Notes: generated by a model from the letters alone, not told the origin. A stretch of 12,406 nt of DNA from an uncultured Phycisphaerales bacterium (GCA_964633825.1 CAZWHE010000126.1:1-12406); one strand, 5' to 3'. Counted from the stretch's first letter, positions 1 to 6,835 are shown. Numbers and translations are program-made.

Positions 1-416
1 TAGTCGGCCCTGTTTCCCGCGAAGATGTTGATCGTGATGGTCGGGGTGGAGGAATATATACAGAGGATCCCGCCGCCATTGGAAGCAACACCGTTTGTTA
101 TTGTGAATCCCTCCAGCTTCGAGTTCAGCCCTTCTTGATTATTAAACATTACAACAGGAAGAACCTGACCCCCATCAATGGTAGTGACATCCGGCCCCGA
201 ATCGCTTATTACGGTAATCGCCTTTCCTAGAAAGGTGATGTTCTCGACATAGGTTCCTGACCGAACGATGATCTCGTCGCCGTTAACAACAGTAGGACTT
301 GAGATCGCCGCCTGAATGCCTGCTGGAAAATCGTCAGGGACATACCAGACGGTTCCGAGGGCGATTCCTGTTGTGAGTAGAAAACTGACAAAAATGAAAA
401 TGATTCCCTTGACCAT
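1..416 (-). CDS. Secreted right-handed parallel beta-helix (pectate-lyase fold) repeat protein, N-terminal 138 aa only; 3' end runs off the window start
   Basis: Reverse complement of 414-416 is ATG, preceded by GGAGGGAG with a 5-nt spacer. Translation is MVKGIIFIFVSFLLTTGIALGTVWYVPDDFPAGIQAAISSPTVVNGDEIIVRSGTYVENITFLGKAITVISDSGPDVTTIDGG... The N-terminal hydrophobic signal-like segment is followed by typical PbH1 beta-helix repeat signatures (NGDEIIV.SGTY.ENITF..K.ITV). Absent from the supplied ORF track only because there is no stop inside the window. Confidence 0.6.
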   Translation of the reverse strand, partial: MVKGIIFIFVSFLLTTGIALGTVWYVPDDFPAGIQAAISSPTVVNGDEIIVRSGTYVENITFLGKAITVISDSGPDVTTIDGGQVLPVVMFNNQEGLNSKLEGFTITNGVASNGGGILCIYSSTPTITINIFAGNRAD

Positions 417-475
417 GAGTCTCCCTCCTATAAAGGGCTGTGCTGAATAATGCGGCTGAATTCCTCAGGTAGGGG

Positions 476-503
476 ATTATACATAAAAGAGGAAGGATGT
501 CAC
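476..503 (-). promoter_or_regulatory. Candidate sigma70-type promoter for the beta-helix gene (-35 GTGACA, 16-nt spacer, -10 TATAAT preceded by TG)
   Basis: Minus-strand reading gives ...cctGTGACAtccttcctcttttatgTATAATcccc, about 55 nt upstream of the ATG at 416. Called by eye only. Confidence 0.35.
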
Positions 504-589
504 AGGACAAACCCTGCAAAATAAGGTGATGTGAGTCGCTATGTGATGTGGTTGACTGCGGCGTGCTGGTTCTTGGAAGCGACCGGCGG

Positions 590-624
590 GGAAAAAGAAC
601 GGGGCAGGGCTTGCGCCCTGCCCC
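590..624 (-). terminator. Rho-independent terminator of the 647-1705 gene: perfect 10-bp GC stem, 4-nt loop, then a T-run on the minus strand
   Basis: GGGGCAGGGC (601-610), loop TTGC, GCCCTGCCCC (615-624). On the minus-strand transcript the hairpin is followed by GUUCUUUUUCC (complement of gaaaaagaac, 591-600). It lies 23 nt downstream of the stop at 647-649. Confidence 0.65.
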
Positions 625-646
625 GGCGAGGATGAAAATCGGTTTG

Positions 647-1705
647 TTACATGACCGCTGTGGCCACGACGTTCGAGGCCATTCCCATCTGGCAAGCCTG
701 GAGCCAGGCGGGACCGGCATAACCGGTGGGGCAGGTAACGCTCCATACCGTTGTTCCGGAACCGTCCGAGTTCTTGTTGAAACCGAGCTGGGGATTGGCG
801 ATTCCGAGTGTGATGCCGAGCTGGGGAACGTTAACGCTTCCCGTACCGGTCGTGCTGTAGACCAGGTAGGTCATGGTCGTGGCTGTACCGTTGGTCACGG
901 TGAAAGTAACGTTCTGTCCGCCGACGATCGGGTCGGGGGAGACGGCCAGGGTGTAAGCCGTACCGCCGCCATCCACTTCCCAGTTGTCGTAGGATCCCAT
1001 GGCCCAGGCGCCGATGCCGAATTCCGTACCCGTGATTCCGAGAGCCAGGGCGCCGGTGTTATCGTGATGCTGGTCCACGGTTCCGTTGAAGTCATTGTCG
1101 ATGTCCACATTCAGAGTGTCACCGCCGTTGGACATGTACATGGTGACTTGCGCGGTCTGGACGGGGGTCGTGAGATCCTGATAATACTGGGTTCCCCAGC
1201 CGCCGCCGTTGCCGGAACTGTAGAAGAAGATCCGGTCATAGTACCCGTCGTCATTATTGTCCTGGATCTTGGTGTAGAGCCACGTCGTGCTTCCGGAGGT
1301 GGCGCCCATGATGAGGGCGACATGAGGGCCGGACGAGCCTGACGGAGCCACAAGATCGATCTTCATGGTGGCGTCCGTGTGCGCCATGGAAGCGGAGTTG
1401 TGGAGCATGTAGCTCCATCCCGAGGACAGGTTGCCCATCCCGTGATTGCTGGAGATAGCCATGTCTCCAGTCCACTCGGTCCAGTCGGCTCCCATGTTCG
1501 TTCCGCTGGCACGGTTGAAATCGTCCGACCAGGTGGCACGCCCCGGATTCAGGCCGGCCTGCTGGGCGGCCATACCGGGAAAGGGAGCCGAAAATGAGGG
1601 TGGGTTGGCATCCACGGGCAGGTCGCTGTTGGCTGCGGTTTGAGCGTAAGCTCCGACTGCGAGTATTCCGATGAAACAGAGGATTAAGAATAATTGTTTG
1701 TGCAT
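647..1705 (-). CDS. Secreted hypothetical protein, 352 aa, with signal peptide; Gly/Thr/Asn-rich, probably beta-rich
   Basis: ATG at 1703-1705 preceded by GGGAGA on the minus strand. N-terminus MHKQLFLILCFIGILAVGAYAQ is a classic signal peptide. The long ORF is in the same direction as its terminator hairpin. No family could be assigned from sequence alone. Confidence 0.7.
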   Translation of the reverse strand: MHKQLFLILCFIGILAVGAYAQTAANSDLPVDANPPSFSAPFPGMAAQQAGLNPGRATWSDDFNRASGTNMGADWTEWTGDMAISSNHGMGNLSSGWSYMLHNSASMAHTDATMKIDLVAPSGSSGPHVALIMGATSGSTTWLYTKIQDNNDDGYYDRIFFYSSGNGGGWGTQYYQDLTTPVQTAQVTMYMSNGGDTLNVDIDNDFNGTVDQHHDNTGALALGITGTEFGIGAWAMGSYDNWEVDGGGTAYTLAVSPDPIVGGQNVTFTVTNGTATTMTYLVYSTTGTGSVNVPQLGITLGIANPQLGFNKNSDGSGTTVWSVTCPTGYAGPAWLQACQMGMASNVVATAVM

Positions 1706-2108
1706 TGTTTTTCTCCCAATCTGTTTTTCAAAAAAGTATCCAAGATAAAAAACCCGATTTCATATCATCAGCCAAAGTCGTAGGAAAGGACCTTATAAGG
1801 AGGTCGTTCCCTTTGCTTTGGATGCCTATGAATTCTCCATGTTTTCGAGTTCTCGAATTCTTTATGAGCGGAGTTTTGTTGGAAATCTTAAAATGGCTTG
1901 GTTTCGGTAACTGGATAGCATCGGGACTGGGAAACAAAAGGATATTCTTGAGACAATCCTTCTTCATATGATTCTTCTTTATGATTATAGGATCGATCCC
2001 GATAAGTCCTGTTTGAGAGTTCCCTGGTTTTATGATCAGGAAAATCCTCTTTCAGGCTTGAACGTCAATATATCTGATGAGATTTGAATGTCCAAGTATT
2101 AATATTCT
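1706..2108 (-). promoter_or_regulatory. 400-bp AT-rich intergenic island between two minus-strand genes. Contains a perfect TATAAT (minus strand, + coords 1984-1989), so it is either a long (~270 nt) 5' leader of the 647-1705 gene or a small untranslated transcript
   Basis: Marked AT-richness against the GC-rich coding context. Minus-strand cctTATAATc. Palindromes CCTTATAAGG (about 1790-1800) and TTCGAG-TT-CTCGAA (1844-1857). Only short overlapping ORFs of doubtful coding character (88 and 79 aa). Confidence 0.3.
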
Positions 2109-2897
2109 TCATCGTAAACGCTGCATCAAGTAAAAGACGTAACCATAGCAGCTCGAGTATTTGCGGTAATGATCGATCTCTATCTGGACAGACTCGATCA
2201 CTTCGAGCTTCTCCGGATCCGTTGCGTATTTCTCTCGGAATGATCGGAGTCGATTCTCGAGCGGCAGGTAGTATGGATCCCACCATGCCGACTCGGGCAG
2301 AGTAAAATGCCCCAGAATTTTATACCCGCATGCCTTGATTGCGGCCAGGTTGGACTCTATATCGGCCATGGCGGGATATTCGGCGGCGAAGTATTGCCGA
2401 CATTCCTCCGGTGGATCGGACCGCAGCCATGAAAGCTCGGTCACGGCAAAACATCCTTTTTCCGCCAACACGGAGCGATAGGCTTTCAGCCCGTCGCGAA
2501 AACCGATGATATAGAGTGCTCCTTCCGACCAGATCATGTCATAGGATCCCTCAATCAGTCCAAGGTCCGCCATGTCTCCGAGGCGTATTTGTATCCTGTC
2601 GAGAACACCCTCGGTATCGGCTCGACGCTTCAACTCGTCCAAAAACGGCTGGTGGTTGTCGACAGCCAAGACCGTGCCGGCCGTGTGCTTTGCCAACTGA
2701 ATGGTTTGTGCTCCGTTGCCGCAGCCGAGGTCCAGAATTCTGAGTTTGGCCGCTCTTGGTGAATTATCTCCACGGGACATCTCAGAGACCAACATGTCCA
2801 GCGCCTTTCTTGTCGAGGCGTCATCCCCGGGGCCGAGCCGGGGCAGAGAGGGATCGAAAATTTCGAAAAAGAGCTCCATTTGTGCCTGTTGGTCCAT
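2109..2897 (-). CDS. Class I SAM-dependent methyltransferase (262 aa)
   Basis: Motif I ILDLGCGNG and the usual downstream acidic/hydrophobic motifs (VLAVDNHQPFLDELK..., DMIWSEGALY) of Rossmann-fold methyltransferases. Start codon is uncertain: no clear SD before the ATG at 2895-2897, and an internal Met 7 is possible. Confidence 0.8.
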   Translation of the reverse strand: MDQQAQMELFFEIFDPSLPRLGPGDDASTRKALDMLVSEMSRGDNSPRAAKLRILDLGCGNGAQTIQLAKHTAGTVLAVDNHQPFLDELKRRADTEGVLDRIQIRLGDMADLGLIEGSYDMIWSEGALYIIGFRDGLKAYRSVLAEKGCFAVTELSWLRSDPPEECRQYFAAEYPAMADIESNLAAIKACGYKILGHFTLPESAWWDPYYLPLENRLRSFREKYATDPEKLEVIESVQIEIDHYRKYSSCYGYVFYLMQRLR

Positions 2898-3009
2898 ATG
2901 AGGTTCGAGTGATGCGCTCTGCAGGAAATTGAATGAATTTGAAATAGAAAAGGATCATAGCATTTGATGGCATCGAATTGAAGTCATGGAAAGTCTTTCA
3001 CGCGAAACC

Positions 3010-3037
3010 GTATTATACAGTTGGAATCGTATGATAC
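3010..3037. promoter_or_regulatory. Two copies of a 9-bp palindrome GTAT-N-ATAC (GTATTATAC at 3010-3018, GTATGATAC at 3029-3037), 19 bp centre-to-centre, in the divergent promoter region between the methyltransferase and the plus-strand operon
   Basis: Seen directly. The GT-N-AC core is the kind of half-site pattern used by GntR-family and other dimeric HTH regulators. No binding data. Confidence 0.3.
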
Positions 3038-3173
3038 GGGAGGGCTTGCGATTCGGGTGAATTGATGTACCTTATAGGTCGGCTTGAATCTTTATGAAGA
3101 CCTGATAGGCACAACAGCTATCGCGCGGCTTTGATCGTGTTTCCCATATTTAACGAGTTCAAGGAGGGATATC

Positions 3174-3359
3174 ATGGCCAATGTTGTGAAAGGGCTGATC
3201 GTTCTGTCAGGGTTGGGTTTCCTTTTAGCCATTGTTGTGGCTGTTGTGACGGGTTCCATTTTTGGAATCACTGCAGAGGGATTTTCTCGAGCGTGTACGA
3301 ATCTCGCGTTGATCGCCATTGCATTGGCGGTGATTCCCAAGGAGAAGCCGCCGGCCTGA
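3174..3359 (+). CDS. Small hydrophobic membrane peptide (61 aa, two predicted TM helices)
   Basis: Strong SD AAGGAGGG with a 7-nt spacer before the ATG at 3174. Product MANVVKGLIVLSGLGFLLAIVVAVVTGSIFGITAEGFSRACTNLALIAIALAVIPKEKPPA is almost entirely hydrophobic. An alternative overlapping TTG-start Cys-rich ORF (3131-3460) is judged less likely. Confidence 0.5.
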   Translation: MANVVKGLIVLSGLGFLLAIVVAVVTGSIFGITAEGFSRACTNLALIAIALAVIPKEKPPA

Positions 3360-3427
3360 CGGCCGAAGCCGTCGGCCTGACGTCCGAAATCGCCGGCCTA
3401 GCGTCCGAAATCGCCGGCCTAGCGGCT
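3344..3427. repeat. Four tandem copies of a 21-nt unit (GAAGCCGCCGGCCTGACGGCC / GAAGCCGTCGGCCTGACGTCC / GAAATCGCCGGCCTAGCGTCC / GAAATCGCCGGCCTAGCGGCT). Spans the stop of the 61-aa ORF and the spacer to the next gene
   Basis: Direct reading: the last two units are identical for 20 of 21 nt and the first two differ at 3 positions. Contains an internal perfect hairpin GACGGC-CGAA-GCCGTC (3358-3373). Confidence 0.8.
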
Positions 3428-3467
3428 TCCCGCATGCCGTCCATCGAATCGACAGGATGAAGAGATC

Positions 3468-4250
3468 ATGAAAGTGCTCAAGAATTTCTGGGTCATCGTC
3501 GATCTCCATACACTGGTCGTGACATTGCTCGCCGTGGCCGCCACCTATCTCTGCGGCAGGCTTGGTCTGGCGGCCAACATTCCGACCGGCTTGATCGGCA
3601 TTGCCATCATCTTTCCCATCGTCTTCTCGATCAACGCCGCCTACCGCAGGCGCGAGGAGGCGCTCAAGAGCTTCGCCGCGTTGAAGTCCCATGCCGTGGC
3701 CATCTTCTACGCGCACCGCGACTGGGCGGGCGGCGGCAGCGACAAGGACCGTGCAACCCGGGCGCGCCGGGCGGTGCTCGATCTCCTGGAGGGTGTGCGG
3801 GATTATTTCAACGGGAGCCCGGCGCCGGGCCGGTTTGATCCGGGACTCGCCGGGGTCTACGGCCGGTTTTCGGACTTTTCGCACTCCATCGAGAGCCTGC
3901 GCATCGATGGTGTGGCCAGCGGGGAGATCAGCCGAGCCAACCAGTACGTGCGCTCCATGATGATCGAGTTCGAGCGCATGCGCAACATCCTGGCCTACCG
4001 CACGCCGCTCACGCTGCGCGCTTACAGCCAGGTCTTCCTCAATATCTTTCCCATTCTTTTCGGGCCCTACTTCGCCTACCTCGGGCAGGAATACTACACG
4101 GGCGTGGGGTACGCCGTGGCCGTTCTCTACAGCATGGTTCTCGTCAGCCTGGACAACATCCAGGAGAACCTGGAGAACCCATTCGACAGGGTGGGCCGGG
4201 ATGACCTGCAGCTCGACGTGGCTTCCCTGTACGAGCCGGTCCTGAAGTGA
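3468..4250 (+). CDS. Bestrophin/UPF0187 (YneE-like) family putative anion channel, 260 aa
   Basis: N-terminal TM helices plus the C-terminal signature ...NIQENLENPFDRVGRDDLQLDV, which matches the bestrophin neck/Ca-clasp region (compare human BEST1 ...EQLINPFGEDDDDFE...). The overlapping minus-strand 350-aa ORF is a GC-shadow ORF. Confidence 0.65.
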   Translation: MKVLKNFWVIVDLHTLVVTLLAVAATYLCGRLGLAANIPTGLIGIAIIFPIVFSINAAYRRREEALKSFAALKSHAVAIFYAHRDWAGGGSDKDRATRARRAVLDLLEGVRDYFNGSPAPGRFDPGLAGVYGRFSDFSHSIESLRIDGVASGEISRANQYVRSMMIEFERMRNILAYRTPLTLRAYSQVFLNIFPILFGPYFAYLGQEYYTGVGYAVAVLYSMVLVSLDNIQENLENPFDRVGRDDLQLDVASLYEPVLK

Positions 4251-4370
4251 GCTTGCCTCGGGGGTTTGATCCGACATCGGATAGGGCGGTTACAAAAGGA
4301 TGATCAGGGCGCTATTACTCGTGATCGGCACCGGTTCATTCTCACATGAAATGGAAATTGGAGAATCACC

Positions 4371-5447
4371 ATGGCGACAACACGGGATCGAATAGCGTTT
4401 CTCCTCTGGGTCCTGATCGTTATCCCGGGCTTTACTTCCTTGTCGAGCGCCAAGGATTCGGGGCCGGCCGTCGGATCGGTCGCGCCCGAAATCGGACCAT
4501 GCCAGTGGCTTCAGAAAGAAAAGGATCGCTCCACCAAGATCGCTGAGCTTCGGGGGATGGTCGTCCTGATCCACACCTTTGCAGTGGGTTGCTTTCCGTG
4601 AGAAAGCAAGGGCATTCCGCTGGTAGCGGAAACGGTGAATGCCAACGGCGACAGGGGGATCACGGCGATCTCGCTCACGGCCAACAACCCCGAGCTGAAG
4701 TCGATTGTTAAGAAAAACAATGTGAAGCACGCCATTGCCCTGATGTCAGCGATTACGAAAACGTGCCCCTATGTGGATGTCGGCAAGAACGGGTTCACCT
4801 ACGTATTCGTTGTCGGGCGGGACGGAAGAATCTTTTGGAGAGGAAACCAAACGGTCAAGGAGAAGGATTTCCTCAAGGCGGTCGGAAAAGCGCTGGAAAC
4901 GAAAACGATCCCGGCGTTCGAGAGGACTCTCGATCCCGTCCTTGATGATGCTGTCTCCATGTACAATGATTTCAGGTTCAGCGAAAGCCGCAAGGCCGGG
5001 CAAAAAATCTTTGACAAACATTCGCGGAGATCCGGCGGGGACTCCGCCGGGATTGCCGAGGATGCGGCCTTTCTCATCGAACAAATCGACGATTTTTCAG
5101 AAAAGCTTTTCCTTCGCATGGAGCTGGCCGTGGAGACCAAGGCCGGAATCCCTTTTGTCGAGTCACTGGACATGCTCACCACCGGTTTCGCAAAAAGCGA
5201 TGCAGCCGAGAAGGCGCGGGAGCTGACGCGGAAGGCCGGCGAAGACAGCCGGTTCGCATCGGAGATCAAGGCCGCAAGGGCCTGGCTCGACCTGGTCAAG
5301 AAACGGCCCGTCATCTTTTCCGAGAGCGGGAACAGGGCCTCCAGAGCGTTCGCCAAGAAACTCAGGAAGTTCATAAAGAGCTATGGGGGATTGACGGCGG
5401 CCGTTGAGGCCGAAAAACTCCTGAAACGTGCCGGCGGCCGAGGCTGA
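4371..5447 (+). CDS. Thioredoxin-fold (TlpA/ResA/redoxin-like) thiol-disulfide oxidoreductase. Candidate selenoprotein with Sec encoded by the in-frame TGA at 4599-4601 (active-site motif C-F-P-U) and a ~170-aa helical C-terminal extension. The track splits it into 4371-4601 and 4635-5447
   Basis: Both track ORFs are in the same frame (4371 and 4635 both ≡ 0 mod 3) with no other stop between them. The N-terminal part has a signal/anchor (IAFLLWVLIVIPGFTSLSSA) then G.VAPE...L..LRGMVVLIHTFAVGCFP-TGA. The read-through continues ESKGIPLVAETVNANGDRGITAISLTANNPELKSIVKKNNVKHAIALMSA...YVDVGKNGFTYVFVVGRDGRIFWRG, which is the remainder of a TlpA-type thioredoxin fold. A fold split exactly at the CxxC position is only sensible if TGA encodes Sec. 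SD GGAGA lies 6 nt before the ATG at 4371. Confidence 0.6.
4611..4643 (+). promoter_or_regulatory. Putative bacterial SECIS stem-loop downstream of the in-frame UGA of the thioredoxin-like gene
   Basis: The outer 7-bp stem GGCATTC/GAATGCC starts 9 nt after the UGA. Inside it, an apical hairpin UUCCGC-UGGUA-GCGGAA (4615-4631) starts 13 nt after the UGA, with G and U in the loop as in known bSECIS elements. Structure is inferred by eye; no energy calculation was done. Confidence 0.45.
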
Positions 5448-6781
5448 TGGGGGAGAAGCGGATAATCAACCGCTCGCCGAGAGAGGGCCGGCGTGAATGC
5501 GGCGTTTGGGGGATTTGTCTTGTTCTGTTGGCGGCCGTAACAGCCGCTCCCGCGCCTGTCGAATGGCTCCTGGTCAAGTCCCGGTGGACCGGTCCGCGCG
5601 CTCCCCATGTGGACGGGGTCTGCGAGATCGCCCTTCCCGATGACGAGCGGTTCATGCCTTCCTTTGTGGGGGACGCGGGTTACAAATCTCTTCGGTTGAA
5701 GTTTCGGGATCACGACGAAGGCCCGCGCACTTTCATCGTGAAGTGGACGCCCGGCGAGACGGGCGTGGAATCATTCTCCCTTCTCCTCGACGGCCGCGAG
5801 GTGGGAAGATCCCGGACCCTCGACGCCGCCGGCCTGGTGATGAGCGACTTCGTCGATGTTTTTCGCTTCAGTGTTTCGCCGAAAGGGGACCACGTTCTCG
5901 AGATCAGGCACGAGAGCGGGAACGGCCTCAACTTTCGAAGCTTTCTCTACAGCGACGAAGAGCGGCCTCTTCCTCCCGGGGCCGTTCGGTCGAAAAAGGA
6001 GTATGAAAAAGCACTGGGAGGCCGGGGAATCCGTCTGGAGACGCAGAACCTCGTGTTGTATGCGCCCTCCAAGCACGCGGGTTATGCGCGAAAGCTTGTC
6101 AAAGCCCTCGACGAAGCCTCTCTCCTGCTCAACGAGATCCACGGCGGAAAGCCGCCATACAGGATTTCCGTCGAGCATTTTCCCAAAGAGAGCCCGCGCG
6201 GTTTCGGAGGGGTCTCTACGGACGGCGTCGTTTCCTATCCCATTGACAACCTGAACGACCGGAGCGCGGAGTTCCTTCGCCACAAGACGCCGCGCATCCT
6301 GGGATACGTGGAGGAGATGTGCCACATCTACAACAAAGGGGATTTTTACTGCAGGGGGACCTACGAAGCATTGGGGATGTGCGTTTCCCGGCACACGGTG
6401 GAACGCGCGGCATCTTGTCCCCCTTTCCGGGCGAAGCTCGAGAGGTGGAGGCGTCAAGAGAAAGAGACATTTGAAGACTACGTTTCGTTCCGGTTCAAGA
6501 ATCCGGGCCAATACGAGTGGGGGATCTTCTACACCCGCATTCTCGTTCACCTTTTAGAGGGATATGCGGATTCCTATCAAGGCGATTTTTGGAAGGACTT
6601 CTTCAGCGAGCTTCGCAAGCGGAATTTTCCCCTGCAAAAGGCTCATAAAAAAGATCGCCTCGATGTGTACGCCCGGATCATGGGCGCTCTTCTCGATCGA
6701 GATATTCAAAAGGAATGGCGCGAGCTCGGCATCCGCCATGACGGCGATAAACCGTGGGGATGGAAGACATACGACCGATGA
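5447..6781 (+). CDS. Secreted hypothetical protein (444 aa), translationally coupled to the upstream thioredoxin-like gene (TGATG overlap)
   Basis: Stop TGA at 5445-5447 overlaps the ATG at 5447-5449. The basic N-terminus then hydrophobic VWGICLVLLAAVTAAPAP suggests a signal peptide. Long ORF with several conserved Cys/His (CHIYNKGDFYCRG). No family recognised. The minus-strand 259-aa overlap is judged a shadow ORF. Confidence 0.6.
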   Translation: MGEKRIINRSPREGRRECGVWGICLVLLAAVTAAPAPVEWLLVKSRWTGPRAPHVDGVCEIALPDDERFMPSFVGDAGYKSLRLKFRDHDEGPRTFIVKWTPGETGVESFSLLLDGREVGRSRTLDAAGLVMSDFVDVFRFSVSPKGDHVLEIRHESGNGLNFRSFLYSDEERPLPPGAVRSKKEYEKALGGRGIRLETQNLVLYAPSKHAGYARKLVKALDEASLLLNEIHGGKPPYRISVEHFPKESPRGFGGVSTDGVVSYPIDNLNDRSAEFLRHKTPRILGYVEEMCHIYNKGDFYCRGTYEALGMCVSRHTVERAASCPPFRAKLERWRRQEKETFEDYVSFRFKNPGQYEWGIFYTRILVHLLEGYADSYQGDFWKDFFSELRKRNFPLQKAHKKDRLDVYARIMGALLDRDIQKEWRELGIRHDGDKPWGWKTYDR

Positions 6782-6800
6782 GACGAATAATGATATCTTT

Positions 6801-6835
6801 TTGGTAGGAATACACTTACAAATATGATATCATAT
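6801..6835 (+). promoter_or_regulatory. Candidate promoter of the FG-GAP gene: -35 TTGGTA (6801-6806), 16-nt spacer, -10 TATGAT (6823-6828). The -10 sits inside a perfect 14-bp palindrome ATATGATATCATAT (6822-6835)
   Basis: AT-rich island directly upstream of the SD and start at 6901. Palindrome read directly. An ATGATATC octamer recurs at 6790-6797. Confidence 0.4.

Noticed and set aside
548-1342. 264-aa plus-strand ORF overlapping the secreted-protein gene
   Set aside because: Arg/Gly-rich low-complexity translation typical of a GC-rich shadow frame. The minus-strand ORF has a signal peptide, an SD and a terminator.
2903-2925. GGTTCGAGT resembling a tRNA T-loop
   Set aside because: No acceptor, anticodon or D-arm complementarity could be built around it. 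No tRNA called.
3344-3427. Tandem repeats as a possible CRISPR array
   Set aside because: Units are contiguous with no unique spacers and only 21 nt long. This is a simple tandem repeat.
3131-3460. TTG-initiated 109-aa Cys-rich ORF (HGQCCERAD...HCCGCCDGF...) overlapping the 61-aa peptide and reading through the 21-nt repeats
   Set aside because: No SD and a non-ATG start, whereas the 61-aa frame has a textbook SD. Kept only as a curiosity in the repeat finding.
3225-4277. 350-aa minus-strand ORF opposite the bestrophin-like gene
   Set aside because: Arg/Pro/Gly-rich with no recognisable domain. The plus-strand ORF has TM helices and the bestrophin signature, so this is a shadow ORF.
4251-4370. 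Small hairpin TCCGA-CA-TCGGA after the bestrophin gene as a terminator
   Set aside because: Loop too short, stem too weak and no T-tract. The genes are more likely co-transcribed.
4599-4637. Reading the TGA at 4599 as a true stop with an independent gene starting at ATG 4635
   Set aside because: This would split a single thioredoxin fold between two polypeptides exactly at the catalytic motif. The sequence before 4635 has only a weak GGAA, and the frame is open and fold-consistent through the gap.
4290-4730. 146-aa minus-strand ORF spanning the TGA/SECIS region
   Set aside because: Antisense to a well-supported thioredoxin fold; no start context.
4799-5374. 191-aa minus-strand and 151-aa plus-strand ORFs inside the C-terminal extension of the selenoprotein
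   Set aside because: Ser/Arg-rich low-complexity shadow frames. Frame 0 continues uninterrupted from the thioredoxin domain.
5771-6550. 259-aa minus-strand ORF inside the 444-aa gene
   Set aside because: Shadow ORF. The plus-strand frame is longer, has a signal peptide and is translationally coupled.
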